Shown piece after piece: positions 1 through 8,829 of a DNA stretch of 64,000 nt (position 1 is the stretch's first letter; the number at the start of each line of letters is the position of its first letter). The stretch comes from Candidatus Woesearchaeota archaeon (GTDB taxonomy: Archaea > Nanobdellota > Nanobdellia > Woesearchaeales > JAZDKJ01). The stretch spans positions 1 to 64,000 of the forward strand of contig JAZDKJ010000008.1 in NCBI GenBank assembly GCA_043803105.1. The letters run 5' to 3'. The translations under genes were made by a program, and so were the position numbers. The notes beneath the pieces are model-generated. The model worked only from the letters and a program-made list of their open reading frames with translations, had not been told where the DNA came from and searched no databases.

Positions 1-97
1 TGTTATTTTAATATATATTTAATTTATTATAAAAATACTTATATATAAATGTTGGGTTTCAGTTAGATTATTAAATCATGATAAGAACTCCAAAGAT

Positions 98-1222
98 ATG
101 CAAATCGAGAAGACAAAGTTTCATTCATGGAAGATTGGACAGATTGCAAAGGGATGCGAGCTTTGCGTAAAGGGGCAGAAACTCGTGCTTTTTGTAACGG
201 GGGTCTGCGGCCAAGATTGCTTTTTCTGCCCGTTATCCGAACAGAAAAAAAACAGAGATGTAATCTATGCGAATGAGTGGCCCATAACCACATACGAAGA
301 CATCATAACAGAGGCTAAACTGACCGAGGCAAAGGGCGCAGGAATAACTGGAGGAGATCCTTTACTAAGGCTTGCAAGAACTGTTGAGATTATCAAGCTT
401 CTTAAGGAAAGCTTCGGGAGGCAATTCCATATACACCTCTATACACCTTTGACCAATATCAGTTGGGAGAACCTCAAGGAGCTGCACTTAGCAGGTTTAG
501 ACGAGATAAGATTCCACCCAGAGCTTGATAACAAGGCACACTGGGAGAGGATAACCTTTTCAAAAAGGTTTGATTGGGATGTTGGAATAGAGATTCCAGC
601 ATTGCCTGGATTTGAAAAGCAAACACTGGAGCTTATCGATTTTGTTCATGACAAAATTGATTTCCTGAACCTTAATGAGCTGGAGATATCAAGCACAAAC
701 GCAGAAAACCTGGCAAAACTAGGGTACTATACAAAGAATGAAGTATCTTACGGAGTCAAGGGAAGCGAAGAGCTGGCAATGAAACTATTGGGACACTGTG
801 AAAAGTTGGGCTTAAAGACACACTACTGCACAACAACACTCAAAGACAAGGAACAGCTAGCCAAGAGGATATTAAGAAGAGCAAAAAATGTAGCAAGAAA
901 ATTTGACAAGATCACAGGCGAGGGGATGCTTATCAGGGGTGCGGTGTACCTTAATGGTTTAGAGGCAGGATTCAATTATCGAGATAGAATTACTAAAGCA
1001 AACAAAAAAGAAGCCATTGTTTTGCTGAACGCACTTAAGGTAATGTTAACCAAGAGATTTTCATTGTCTCATGAAATGACTGCAATTGATGAGATAAAGC
1101 TAAGGTTGCTTACTTCTGAATCAATAGCCAGACGAATCGCTGGCAAAATAGACAACAAATGCGCTGTTGTTGAAGAATATCCTACGTATGACCAGTTTGA
1201 GATTGAGGTAGAAATTCTTTAG
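98..1222 (+). CDS. Radical SAM protein (archaeal, PFL-activating-enzyme-related)
   Basis: CxxxCxxC motif (CGQDCFFC), N-terminal GCELC, GITGGDP and HLYT motifs. Confidence 0.85.
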   Translation: MQIEKTKFHSWKIGQIAKGCELCVKGQKLVLFVTGVCGQDCFFCPLSEQKKNRDVIYANEWPITTYEDIITEAKLTEAKGAGITGGDPLLRLARTVEIIKLLKESFGRQFHIHLYTPLTNISWENLKELHLAGLDEIRFHPELDNKAHWERITFSKRFDWDVGIEIPALPGFEKQTLELIDFVHDKIDFLNLNELEISSTNAENLAKLGYYTKNEVSYGVKGSEELAMKLLGHCEKLGLKTHYCTTTLKDKEQLAKRILRRAKNVARKFDKITGEGMLIRGAVYLNGLEAGFNYRDRITKANKKEAIVLLNALKVMLTKRFSLSHEMTAIDEIKLRLLTSESIARRIAGKIDNKCAVVEEYPTYDQFEIEVEIL

Positions 1223-1273
1223 TTAGGGTTATCCTGGGCAAATAGATTCAATTTTTTCCAAAATTAAAGGGTC

Positions 1274-1882
1274 TTATAGCTTATGTTCCACAACGTGCAT
1301 GATAAGGTCTGCCAAGATCTTTAATACTAAGAACAAGAGCAACGGTGCTGGAACCAAGGTGCCAAAGATAATAGTCAGATGCATAGGGATAATCCTAGCA
1401 TAAGGGAAGAAAAGCAAGGAGCTTATATTCCTGTCCTTAAGCCTGTCTTCCCGATAGTTGTACAAGAATGAAAACAAATGATTGACAAAAAAGACTGCAG
1501 CAGCGAGGAGCACAAAACTCAGGCTTTGAATAGGGCCTTTCACTAGGAGAAAAACAAAGTATGCTGCATGAAAAGCTCCATAATGGACTGCAAAGAAACC
1601 TGACATGAAGACCTTGGTCTTAAGTTCTGAGGAGCCAGATTTGCCATTTATTGTAAATTGTTCTGTAGAGAACTTACTTAATGTAATCATTCTGAGCACA
1701 CTGAAAAATCCAATGATTATGCTCTGGGACCAGTAGACCCACATCAGCGTAGTAAGGTCCCATGATTGCACCAGAGCAATGATAATAGTTCCAAGGTTGG
1801 AAACCAGGAGCATCCACAGCGACGAATCTTGGTAGAACAGCTTTTTTGGCTCTTTTTGCCCGACTAAACCTTTCACACACAA
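1274..1882 (-). CDS. Polytopic membrane protein (DUF6498-like)
   Basis: Multiple hydrophobic helices; YWSQSIIIG, FFAVHYGAF and PYARIIPMHLTII motifs; start uncertain. Confidence 0.65.
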   Translation of the reverse strand: MCVKGLVGQKEPKKLFYQDSSLWMLLVSNLGTIIIALVQSWDLTTLMWVYWSQSIIIGFFSVLRMITLSKFSTEQFTINGKSGSSELKTKVFMSGFFAVHYGAFHAAYFVFLLVKGPIQSLSFVLLAAAVFFVNHLFSFLYNYREDRLKDRNISSLLFFPYARIIPMHLTIIFGTLVPAPLLLFLVLKILADLIMHVVEHKL

Positions 1883-1988
1883 GTGTTGTAATGTACTTTT
1901 TAAAAACTTTTCCAGAATCCAGAGGTCTTAATTGAGAAGCAAGTGTTACCTTGCTTCCCAATCAGACTCAGAGGTGTTTAGATGAGTG

Positions 1989-2534
1989 TTAATAAATTAT
2001 AGCGACCACAACCCTTCTTATCTGGTCGAACCTGATCAAACCAGGGTCAATGGTGTCAACATTGTCGCCTTTCATCCGGCAGTACCAGCCACTTTTATCA
2101 GAGCCTATCTCAATAACCCTGTGGATAATTGTGCCGCTGGCGTATTTTGACTGATAAGAGACAATGTCTCCAACATGAACATCATCAGGCGAGTTCGGAA
2201 CAAGCTCAATGGCATTAGAGCCCAGGTCAATAACCGGATCCATCGAATTTGTGTCAGTGAAACTTGCCCATTCTGCGTTAGGCAAATCGATAACCACCCT
2301 GTCCGGATAGACATGGATCTTCTCTTCCTTGATCCTGTCGAACGGATCTGGGAGCTCTTTTGGCTCTGAAAACAGGAAAGTAGACACAGTCTGCTCTGTT
2401 TTCATATCATTGTTTGAAACAATAGGCATGTTCTGTGCAAAGACTGCATATAAGCTAGACATAAGCCAACCAAGCGCAATCAATGCTATGACCGAAATTA
2501 TCTTCCCAATGATGACGAACCACCCCCAATACAT
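1989..2534 (-). CDS. Signal peptidase I-like (S26) membrane-anchored protein
   Basis: N-terminal TM; TNSMDP (catalytic Ser), VGDIVSY, IIHRV and KGDN boxes. Confidence 0.75.
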   Translation of the reverse strand: MYWGWFVIIGKIISVIALIALGWLMSSLYAVFAQNMPIVSNNDMKTEQTVSTFLFSEPKELPDPFDRIKEEKIHVYPDRVVIDLPNAEWASFTDTNSMDPVIDLGSNAIELVPNSPDDVHVGDIVSYQSKYASGTIIHRVIEIGSDKSGWYCRMKGDNVDTIDPGLIRFDQIRRVVVAIIY

Positions 2535-2720
2535 TACTGAATAGTGGTACTAATATTTAAAACTTTCTGTTTTTTAGCATTAAGTAGTGGTAACATTATT
2601 GCTGGAAGAAAAACGCACTTACAGTTATACTACACTTCAAAGAATCAGCAAATATCTATGAGACGAAAGGCATAATAACAGCAATCACATCGCTCTTGCT
2701 TTTGGCTAGGTTTGCCTAAG

Positions 2721-4610
2721 TCACTTGATTCGTATAGTCTCAAGATTTCTTGGAGCTATTGTCTCGACGCGGGCAATCTTATGGATAGAAGAAGCAAGGT
2801 CAAGACAGCGGGCGTTCTCACCGTGATTAATAACAATCTTCTTAGGCCTTGGTTCGCAACTGGTGATGAAATTGACGAGCTGGCGCCTGTCTGAGTGGTT
2901 GGTAAACTCAATCCTGTGGACCTCCATCTTGATGTGCACAATCTCCTGCTTTAAGCCATCCTTGAAAATGATCTCGCGCTCTCCACGCAGAATACGCTGG
3001 CCCAAAGAACCCTCACCCTGATAGCATGAAAACACAAGGCTGTTCTTAGGATTGTCAGCAAGCTGCCGGAGGTATTCGACAGAAGGCCCACCGACAAGCA
3101 TACCTGAAGTGGCGAGAATTACACAAGGGCCAGTCTCCTCGACAACCTGCTGGCGCTCCTTCTTGCTGCCCACCCTCTTGAAAATAGGGTCAAGGAAGGG
3201 ATTGGCATCCTTGTGGAAAATGTTCTTGCGCACATTGCTGTTCAAAAACTCAGGATAGGCAGTATGGATCGCTGTAACGTCCCAGACAAGCCCATCAATA
3301 TAAACAGGAATTGGCTCGAGCTGACCGCTCTTCACCAGACTCTCAATCATAAGCATGATTTCCTGGGCGCGACCAGAACCTAAGGTTGGAACAAGCACCT
3401 TGCCACCACGTTTTATGGTTGTCACAATCATATCATTGAGCTGCAAGTCCTCTTCACGCTGGGGCGGCAGAATATTGTCCTTGCCACCATAAGTGCTCTC
3501 TATCATGAGGGTCTCCAGGCGTGGAAACACAGTGGAAGCAGCTTCAAGCAGATGAGTACGGGCGTACTTAATGTCACCCGTATACACGAGATTATGCAGA
3601 CCGTTGCCGATATGCAGGTGAGCCATTGCAGCTCCAAGGATGTGGCCTGAATTATACAGTGTAAGCCTAACATCGGGAGTAATATCAGTAACCTCCTCAT
3701 AATCAAGGCAGATACTGTGCTTGACCATCTCACGGACATCATCCGCAGTGAATATGGGCTCCTTTCTCTCAGAGCGCATGATCTTGATGAAGTCAAGCAA
3801 TAGAAGGCACATGACATCACGGGTTGGAGCGGTGCAATAAATGGGACCACGATAACCATACTTGTAAAGGTAAGGAACAAAACCGCTATGGTCAAGATGT
3901 GAATGGCTGACTATAACAGCATCAAGGTCATCAATTTTGAACTCAGGGGCTTCAAGATGCGGATATGCCTCTTCCTCAGAGGCAACGTTAACACCACAAT
4001 CAAGCAAGACCCTGGATTCAGGAGTCTGCAGGAACAGGCAAGACCTTCCAACCTGGCGGCCTCCGCCCAGATAACTGACCCTAATCCATTCCTTCCTTTT
4101 CTCGCGAATCCAGCCATCATATATACGGTGGCCAATCTTGTCCAGGAACTTGCGCCTATAATCAGAATTCTGGTAGAGCACAGCCCTGATGTTCTCGATG
4201 AGTTCAGACCTGATAGTAGCCGTCCTCCTTATCAGTGGAACCCACATAGTCTTTGCACGGATGTCACGAAGTATAGAACCTTGCTTTCCTATTGCAATAC
4301 CGGGTTTTTCAGCCTCGATAATGACGCGCGAACGCTGGGGATCAAAGATCACCTGGGCAATGCTCGCCTCGACAGGGATAAGGGACCTGATAACCTTCTC
4401 AGCCTTTTCAATGTCCATGGTTATGGCTGGATCTGGACGAAGCTCAACCCTTTTCTTAATGTTATCAACAATCTTCCTAATAAGACCGTTATTATTGTTG
4501 AAGAATTCAGGGTCCTTAGTATAAAGGACTATGTTCGCTCCCTCGAAGCAAGCATCGCTTATCTTCTCCTTGGGCAAAAACTTCATTACTTCTTCCAATA
4601 TTTCGGTCAT
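2721..4610 (-). CDS. fttA: aCPSF1/FttA beta-CASP ribonuclease with N-terminal KH domains
   Basis: KH region (PGIAIGKQG), HSHLDH metallo-beta-lactamase motif, GHILG, ESTYG, HGE; sits downstream of psmB as is usual in archaea. Confidence 0.95.
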   Translation of the reverse strand: MTEILEEVMKFLPKEKISDACFEGANIVLYTKDPEFFNNNNGLIRKIVDNIKKRVELRPDPAITMDIEKAEKVIRSLIPVEASIAQVIFDPQRSRVIIEAEKPGIAIGKQGSILRDIRAKTMWVPLIRRTATIRSELIENIRAVLYQNSDYRRKFLDKIGHRIYDGWIREKRKEWIRVSYLGGGRQVGRSCLFLQTPESRVLLDCGVNVASEEEAYPHLEAPEFKIDDLDAVIVSHSHLDHSGFVPYLYKYGYRGPIYCTAPTRDVMCLLLLDFIKIMRSERKEPIFTADDVREMVKHSICLDYEEVTDITPDVRLTLYNSGHILGAAMAHLHIGNGLHNLVYTGDIKYARTHLLEAASTVFPRLETLMIESTYGGKDNILPPQREEDLQLNDMIVTTIKRGGKVLVPTLGSGRAQEIMLMIESLVKSGQLEPIPVYIDGLVWDVTAIHTAYPEFLNSNVRKNIFHKDANPFLDPIFKRVGSKKERQQVVEETGPCVILATSGMLVGGPSVEYLRQLADNPKNSLVFSCYQGEGSLGQRILRGEREIIFKDGLKQEIVHIKMEVHRIEFTNHSDRRQLVNFITSCEPRPKKIVINHGENARCLDLASSIHKIARVETIAPRNLETIRIK

Positions 4611-4658
4611 GGTGAACAGAATAGGGCTCTATGAAAAAGAGCATTCATGAGTAGAAAC

Positions 4659-5300
4659 TTATGCCTGAACCCTGGTGTCTATTTCCTTATCAAAAACTTT
4701 TTTCACACCATCTTTTGTTATTGTAACAACCTCAACACCGTTGCCTGAGGCAATGTCACGCTGGATTGCCGCGCTAACGCATTTTACAGCAAGCTTCATG
4801 CCTTCATCAAGGGTCATGTCCTTCTTGTATAATGTCTCAAGCACTCCATAGGCCATTACACTACCTGAACCTGAGCTGATATAATCATCAACCTCATCAA
4901 TGGTCCCGTCAGGGAAAATATCATAGAGGTAAAAACCGGATTCATCAAAGCCAGCAAGGACAAAGTGCGAAATGCCAGGAATCATGCTCATCTTCCTGAT
5001 ATTTGAGTAAACCATCCTTGCCATGAGATTTGCTGCCTCTTTCACAGAAGGCTTTGTATTTGAGCGAATCTTCTTTAGCAATAGCTCAGCCTGGGCGAGC
5101 TTGATTATAAACTGCGCATCAGAGGCTGTTCCGGCCATAGTAACTGCTATATAATCAGTGATGTTGTTGATCTTGTGGGTCTTCTTATTTGCCACAAGGT
5201 AGCCTGCTGTAGCTCTCTTGTCTGCTGCCAGAACAACTCCATCCCTGCAAATGATTCCGACTGTTGTTGTACCAGTCTTAACGGTTGTATCTTCGTTCAT
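4659..5300 (-). CDS. psmB: Proteasome beta subunit
   Basis: Propeptide then KTG|TTTVG, AADKRAT, SGSGS, RDIASG. Confidence 0.95.
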   Translation of the reverse strand: MNEDTTVKTGTTTVGIICRDGVVLAADKRATAGYLVANKKTHKINNITDYIAVTMAGTASDAQFIIKLAQAELLLKKIRSNTKPSVKEAANLMARMVYSNIRKMSMIPGISHFVLAGFDESGFYLYDIFPDGTIDEVDDYISSGSGSVMAYGVLETLYKKDMTLDEGMKLAVKCVSAAIQRDIASGNGVEVVTITKDGVKKVFDKEIDTRVQA

Positions 5301-5385
5301 TAGTGAGAATTCACCTCAAGAACTATTGAAATAAGGAAATGAGCTTTTAATATTTAAACCTTTCGTTCAGCCTTGGCTTGTTTCC

Positions 5386-6102
5386 CTAAATGTTATAAGT
5401 CACGCTAACCTGGGCTGAGACCTCAACAGTTCCTGGCTGAATTGGCGTTGCAGATTGTGCGGCAGTGTCCTTTGACAGTTGATAGACAAAAGGGACAACC
5501 TGGTAGGATGATTCACTTATTTGTTTTACCTCCCCGAGACTGAGGCTAAGGGCAGACACCATTGCTATTGCCTTAAGTTTGGCATTGCCGACAGCATTGT
5601 TCAAAACAACCTGTCTCATCCTCTCAGAGGTTGAGTCACTCAACTGGAACTGGATATTATCTATCCTGTTTGCACCTGAGCTTGAGGCAGTATCAATAAT
5701 CTGCCCGACCTTGGCAACATCATGTATTGTTAGCTTGAGAGTATTGGTTGTCTTGTAGTCAGTCAGTTGGGGAGGGCCATTCTGAGGATAATAATATTCT
5801 GGAGTAATGCTGTATGCTGAAGTCTGCATGCTTTTATCATCGAGACCTATTGCCTTCAAGGCTGCAAGAACTTGTTCGGAAGTCAAAGCATTGCTTTGCT
5901 GTGATTCAAGAGACGTTTTTGCTGTCGTCTCCACAGACACAAAGATTACTGCCTGGTCTGGAGCAACCTCCATCTGAGCAGAACCAGTGACTATCAAGTC
6001 TGGACCCTGCGTTTTTGCAACGCCTTGCCAAACCGACATAACCAGCCCAATAGCCAACACGACCGAAACAATTCCTAACCAAATACCTTTGCTGTCTGCC
6101 AT
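5386..6102 (-). CDS. SIMPL (DUF541) family protein
   Basis: N-terminal TM; VTGSAQMEVAPD, GANRIDNIQF, PIQPG..VSAQVSVTY. Confidence 0.9.
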   Translation of the reverse strand: MADSKGIWLGIVSVVLAIGLVMSVWQGVAKTQGPDLIVTGSAQMEVAPDQAVIFVSVETTAKTSLESQQSNALTSEQVLAALKAIGLDDKSMQTSAYSITPEYYYPQNGPPQLTDYKTTNTLKLTIHDVAKVGQIIDTASSSGANRIDNIQFQLSDSTSERMRQVVLNNAVGNAKLKAIAMVSALSLSLGEVKQISESSYQVVPFVYQLSKDTAAQSATPIQPGTVEVSAQVSVTYNI

Positions 6103-6198
6103 ATTACCACCTCATTCGTTTAACAACTTAATGTAGAATAGATGCTGTCTAAATAAATATCTTTGCTTTAACAGCTAAGAACCTCTCAATACCCTCAG

Positions 6199-6714
6199 TC
6201 AAGAAAGCGGATTGAGATCGCATCTGCATAGCATTTCATCAAGGTAAAGCTTCTTGTCAAAATCAGTCTTTTTCGAGTTTAAGAACCTGCGCCAACAAGG
6301 AACCTCATGCTGCAAAATTTCGTGCTCATGCATACAGAGCGCGCCCTCCTGATTGACATCCAAGCGAGTATAATTATAGTCGGGAAGGGCTTCCTTGTAA
6401 GCATACAATTGACCAACAGGAACATTAAATTCAAGTCCACCCCAGCGTACAACATTCACTGTATCCTTAGCAACAATCATGAATCCCATACCAGAATGAG
6501 TGGAAATGGTGCCATTAATTATCTGTTCTTCGACAAATTGCTTTGCCTCAAGTATCCTGAATGGATTGCCCCGAGTCATTAAAGGCAAAAGCTCGTAGAC
6601 CTTAAGCACAAGATTATTTGTTACAAGCTTCTTGTGAGGAGTGACCACGTAGTGCTCCACAAAAATGTCTTTTGGGATATTTCCAATGTTTTCGTAGATT
6701 ATCTTATCATCCAT
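6199..6714 (-). CDS. Hypothetical protein
   Basis: Open frame; ATG at 6714 (MDDKII) preferred over the upstream TTG, which overlaps the next gene. Confidence 0.6.
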   Translation of the reverse strand: MDDKIIYENIGNIPKDIFVEHYVVTPHKKLVTNNLVLKVYELLPLMTRGNPFRILEAKQFVEEQIINGTISTHSGMGFMIVAKDTVNVVRWGGLEFNVPVGQLYAYKEALPDYNYTRLDVNQEGALCMHEHEILQHEVPCWRRFLNSKKTDFDKKLYLDEMLCRCDLNPLS

Positions 6715-6788
6715 GGAAAAACAGAAGTCTATCAAATGTTTAAAAAGATTGCTAAAGCGTAACTGCAATAACCCCCCAGACAAAAAAA

Positions 6789-6808
6789 TGCGGTGGCTTT
6801 CAGGCTGG
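6789..6808 (-). repeat. Degenerate copy of the tRNA-Gly 3' end plus part of its T-loop intron (att-like scar)
   Basis: tgcggtggc+tttcaggctgg matches 7813-7838 with a 6-nt deletion. Confidence 0.65.
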
Positions 6809-7606
6809 TAATAAGTGTGCTCTTCCAAGATTGACTAGAAGCGGATTGTGCATCTTGGTATTGGAAATAATAACTGCATCTTTCCATTTGGATCCTGGTT
6901 GCGTGTAATCTAATGGGCCGTTAACGGCTGTAATCAGTCCGCCTGCCTCTTCAAGAATCACTTGCGGACCACAAGTGTCCCACTTGCATATTCGGTTGGC
7001 AGCATCAAAAGAGAAATCAACAATTCCAGAGGCCACAGCCATGATTTCCAAGCCTGCGCTATTCATCGTAAGCTTTTCATGCACTTTTAGATTGTTGAGC
7101 CATGAGTCATAGCGACCGGTTCTTTCGAGTGTGGGCTTTAATATTGCCCTGCTTTGGGCAATTGTGTCGATTGAGTTCACATGCAGTTGGTGCCTTAAGT
7201 CACCTTCTTGCAGGAATGCACCCTTTCCCTTCTCAGCATAATACAAAGTCCCTTTCACAGGGTCAAAAACCACACCGAGAGCTGGTTTACCAGCGAGACA
7301 GCAACCAATGATAACACAATACCCATCCTTATGCTGTGAGTAGGCACTTGTGCCATCTAGAGGGTCAACTATCCACACCCTGCTTGAATAGTCAAGAACT
7401 GAAGTGTCTGACTCTTCCGAGATGATTGGGTCGTTTGGAAACTTTTTTCGCAATTCCTTTAGAATAAACTTCTCAGATGCCAAATCAGCAGATGTAACAA
7501 AGTCTTGGATAAGCTCGCTTTTTTTACTTACTTGAAAACCTTCAGCCTGCTGCTTCAGAAGGATAGCCCCAGCTCCCTTTGCTATTTCAATTGCATCATT
7601 TAGCAT
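6800..7606 (-). CDS. Inositol monophosphatase / CysQ (PAP phosphatase) family
   Basis: DFVTSAD, ISEE, WIVDPLDGT, KWDTC motifs; real start ATG 7606 (the longer ORF call runs into the tRNA). Confidence 0.9.
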   Translation of the reverse strand: MLNDAIEIAKGAGAILLKQQAEGFQVSKKSELIQDFVTSADLASEKFILKELRKKFPNDPIISEESDTSVLDYSSRVWIVDPLDGTSAYSQHKDGYCVIIGCCLAGKPALGVVFDPVKGTLYYAEKGKGAFLQEGDLRHQLHVNSIDTIAQSRAILKPTLERTGRYDSWLNNLKVHEKLTMNSAGLEIMAVASGIVDFSFDAANRICKWDTCGPQVILEEAGGLITAVNGPLDYTQPGSKWKDAVIISNTKMHNPLLVNLGRAHLLPA

Positions 7607-7640
7607 GCTGGAAAGAAACCAATATCCCTTTAAAAGATTA

Positions 7641-7652
7641 TGCGGTGGCCGG
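7641..7652 (-). repeat. 12-bp copy of the tRNA-Gly 3' end (att-like scar)
   Basis: tgcggtggccgg identical to 7813-7824. Confidence 0.55.
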
Positions 7653-7670
7653 CAGCTTAAAAGCAAGCTG

Positions 7671-7802
7671 GTGCTCGCAGACAAAGTCTGTGGCAAATCG
7701 TGCAAAATTGGAAGCAAAGCTTCCAAATTCTTGGAACAAAGTTCCAAGAAAGCCCGAGTCACCTTCATGCTCCTTACAGTCGCGTTTCGCTGATGCGAAA
7801 CA
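7671..7802. repeat. Cluster of perfect hairpins
   Basis: cagac-aaa-gtctg; ttggaagc-aaa-gcttccaa; ttcttggaac-aaa-gttccaagaa; gtttcgc-tgat-gcgaaac. Confidence 0.75.
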
Positions 7803-7812
7803 TACAAACAAA

Positions 7813-7980
7813 TGCGGTGGCCGGGAGTTTCAGGCTGGCAATCAGCTCTTTGAACCCGGGTTAGCACCGTTCTTTTCGATTAAGCTTCTCGACGTTCGGG
7901 TGGGCTTTATGCCCGCCTTTGCGCATCAATCGAGCGTAACCGATTGGCAGGGTGCTGTCCTACCGCTAGACTACCACCGC
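7813..7980 (-). tRNA. tRNA-Gly(GCC) with two introns (37/38, 75 nt, 7870-7944; T-loop 59/60, 22 nt, 7827-7848)
   Basis: Spliced product GCGGTGGTAGTCTAGCGGTAGGACAGCACC-CTGCCAC-GGTGCTAACCCGGGTTCAAATCCCGGCCACCGCA folds as a cloverleaf; T-loop intron forms a BHB (TTCA:TGAA). Confidence 0.9.
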
Positions 7981-7994
7981 CAGCTTTTTTCCAT

Positions 7995-8106
7995 AGGAAA
8001 ATGCTCAGAAAACCCTTGGTTTTCTGGCACGCCGCTCGCTTACGCTCGGCGAACCTGGGAAAAAGTACCCAGCATTTCCTGGACGAAACAATCCGGCTTC
8101 GCCGGA
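7995..8106. repeat. Multi-hairpin structured spacer between tRNA-Val and tRNA-Gly
   Basis: aggaaaatgct...agcatttcct outer stem enclosing cagaaaacc-ctt-ggttttctg and ctggg...cccag; then tccggc-ttc-gccgga. Confidence 0.7.
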
Positions 8107-8124
8107 CAAAAGCCATGTTTCTTA

Positions 8125-8229
8125 TGGGCCCACCCGGAATTCCTAGCATTTTTCGTCACGGAAAACGCTCTTCGAACCGGGGACCTCCGCCGTGTAAAGG
8201 CGACGTCATAACCGCTAGACCATAGGCCC
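8125..8229 (-). tRNA. tRNA-Val(TAC) with a 32-nt T-loop (59/60) intron at 8139-8170
   Basis: GGGCCTA...TCGCC-TTTACAC-GGCGG...CCCGGTTCGAA[intron]TCCGGGTGGGCCCA; intron is a hairpin with a relaxed BHB. Confidence 0.9.
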
Positions 8230-8269
8230 TTTGGAACAGAGGATTAGAATGGCTATTAAAAAAGTTTCG

Positions 8270-8806
8270 CTATTTTGAAGCTTTCACTCGATTGAGGATT
8301 TTGTCAATTACCTGTTCAGGAGAAATCCTTGTTGTGTCTACCACCAAATCATAGTTCTTCATATCTTTATAGTCATAACTATAGAATTTGTACCATCTGC
8401 GCCTGTTGAGCTTTGCACGCTTTCTCAGGTCAGATTCTGCTTCTCTAAGTTTTGAGAAGCTTTCTTCTTTCCTCTTGTGCTGCAATCTTCGTTTGACCTG
8501 CTCCTTTTCGCAGCATTTCAAGTACACATGAAACGCGTGAGGGATAAAATGGCCTGCAAGCCAGCTGTCAATCACAAAATTGTCCTTTGTTTCTCCCAGA
8601 TTTTTTTGGTATTCATCAACTTTCCTGTCTATACTATCATCTTTTTCTTCAAGGGTGTGAAGCCCTGTTATGGTCAATCCCATCTTGTTCGCTATCCTGC
8701 GCTGAAGGTCACCTGCACTGTAATGCTTATACTTTAGCTTTCTCGCGAGAAGCTTGGAAACAGTGCTCTTCCCAGAAGCAGCATCTCCAGAGATAGATAT
8801 TATCAT
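8270..8806 (-). CDS. cmk: Cytidylate kinase (archaeal type)
   Basis: ISISGDAASGKST P-loop, YSAGD, IDRKVD, YDLVVDT. Confidence 0.85.
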   Translation of the reverse strand: MIISISGDAASGKSTVSKLLARKLKYKHYSAGDLQRRIANKMGLTITGLHTLEEKDDSIDRKVDEYQKNLGETKDNFVIDSWLAGHFIPHAFHVYLKCCEKEQVKRRLQHKRKEESFSKLREAESDLRKRAKLNRRRWYKFYSYDYKDMKNYDLVVDTTRISPEQVIDKILNRVKASK

Positions 8807-8829
8807 AAATATAGGTTAAGAGGGGTGGT

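Noticed and set aside
3903-4634. Long antisense ORFs (also 10098-10736, 13384-13824, 31373-31948 and many in 46-63 kb)
   Set aside because: Shadow frames of well-supported genes on the opposite strand, with no recognisable motifs.
7579-8225. ORFs 7579-8211, 7907-8149, 7944-8225 and the N-terminal extension of 6800-7867
   Set aside because: They overlap two tRNA genes and hairpin clusters; spurious.
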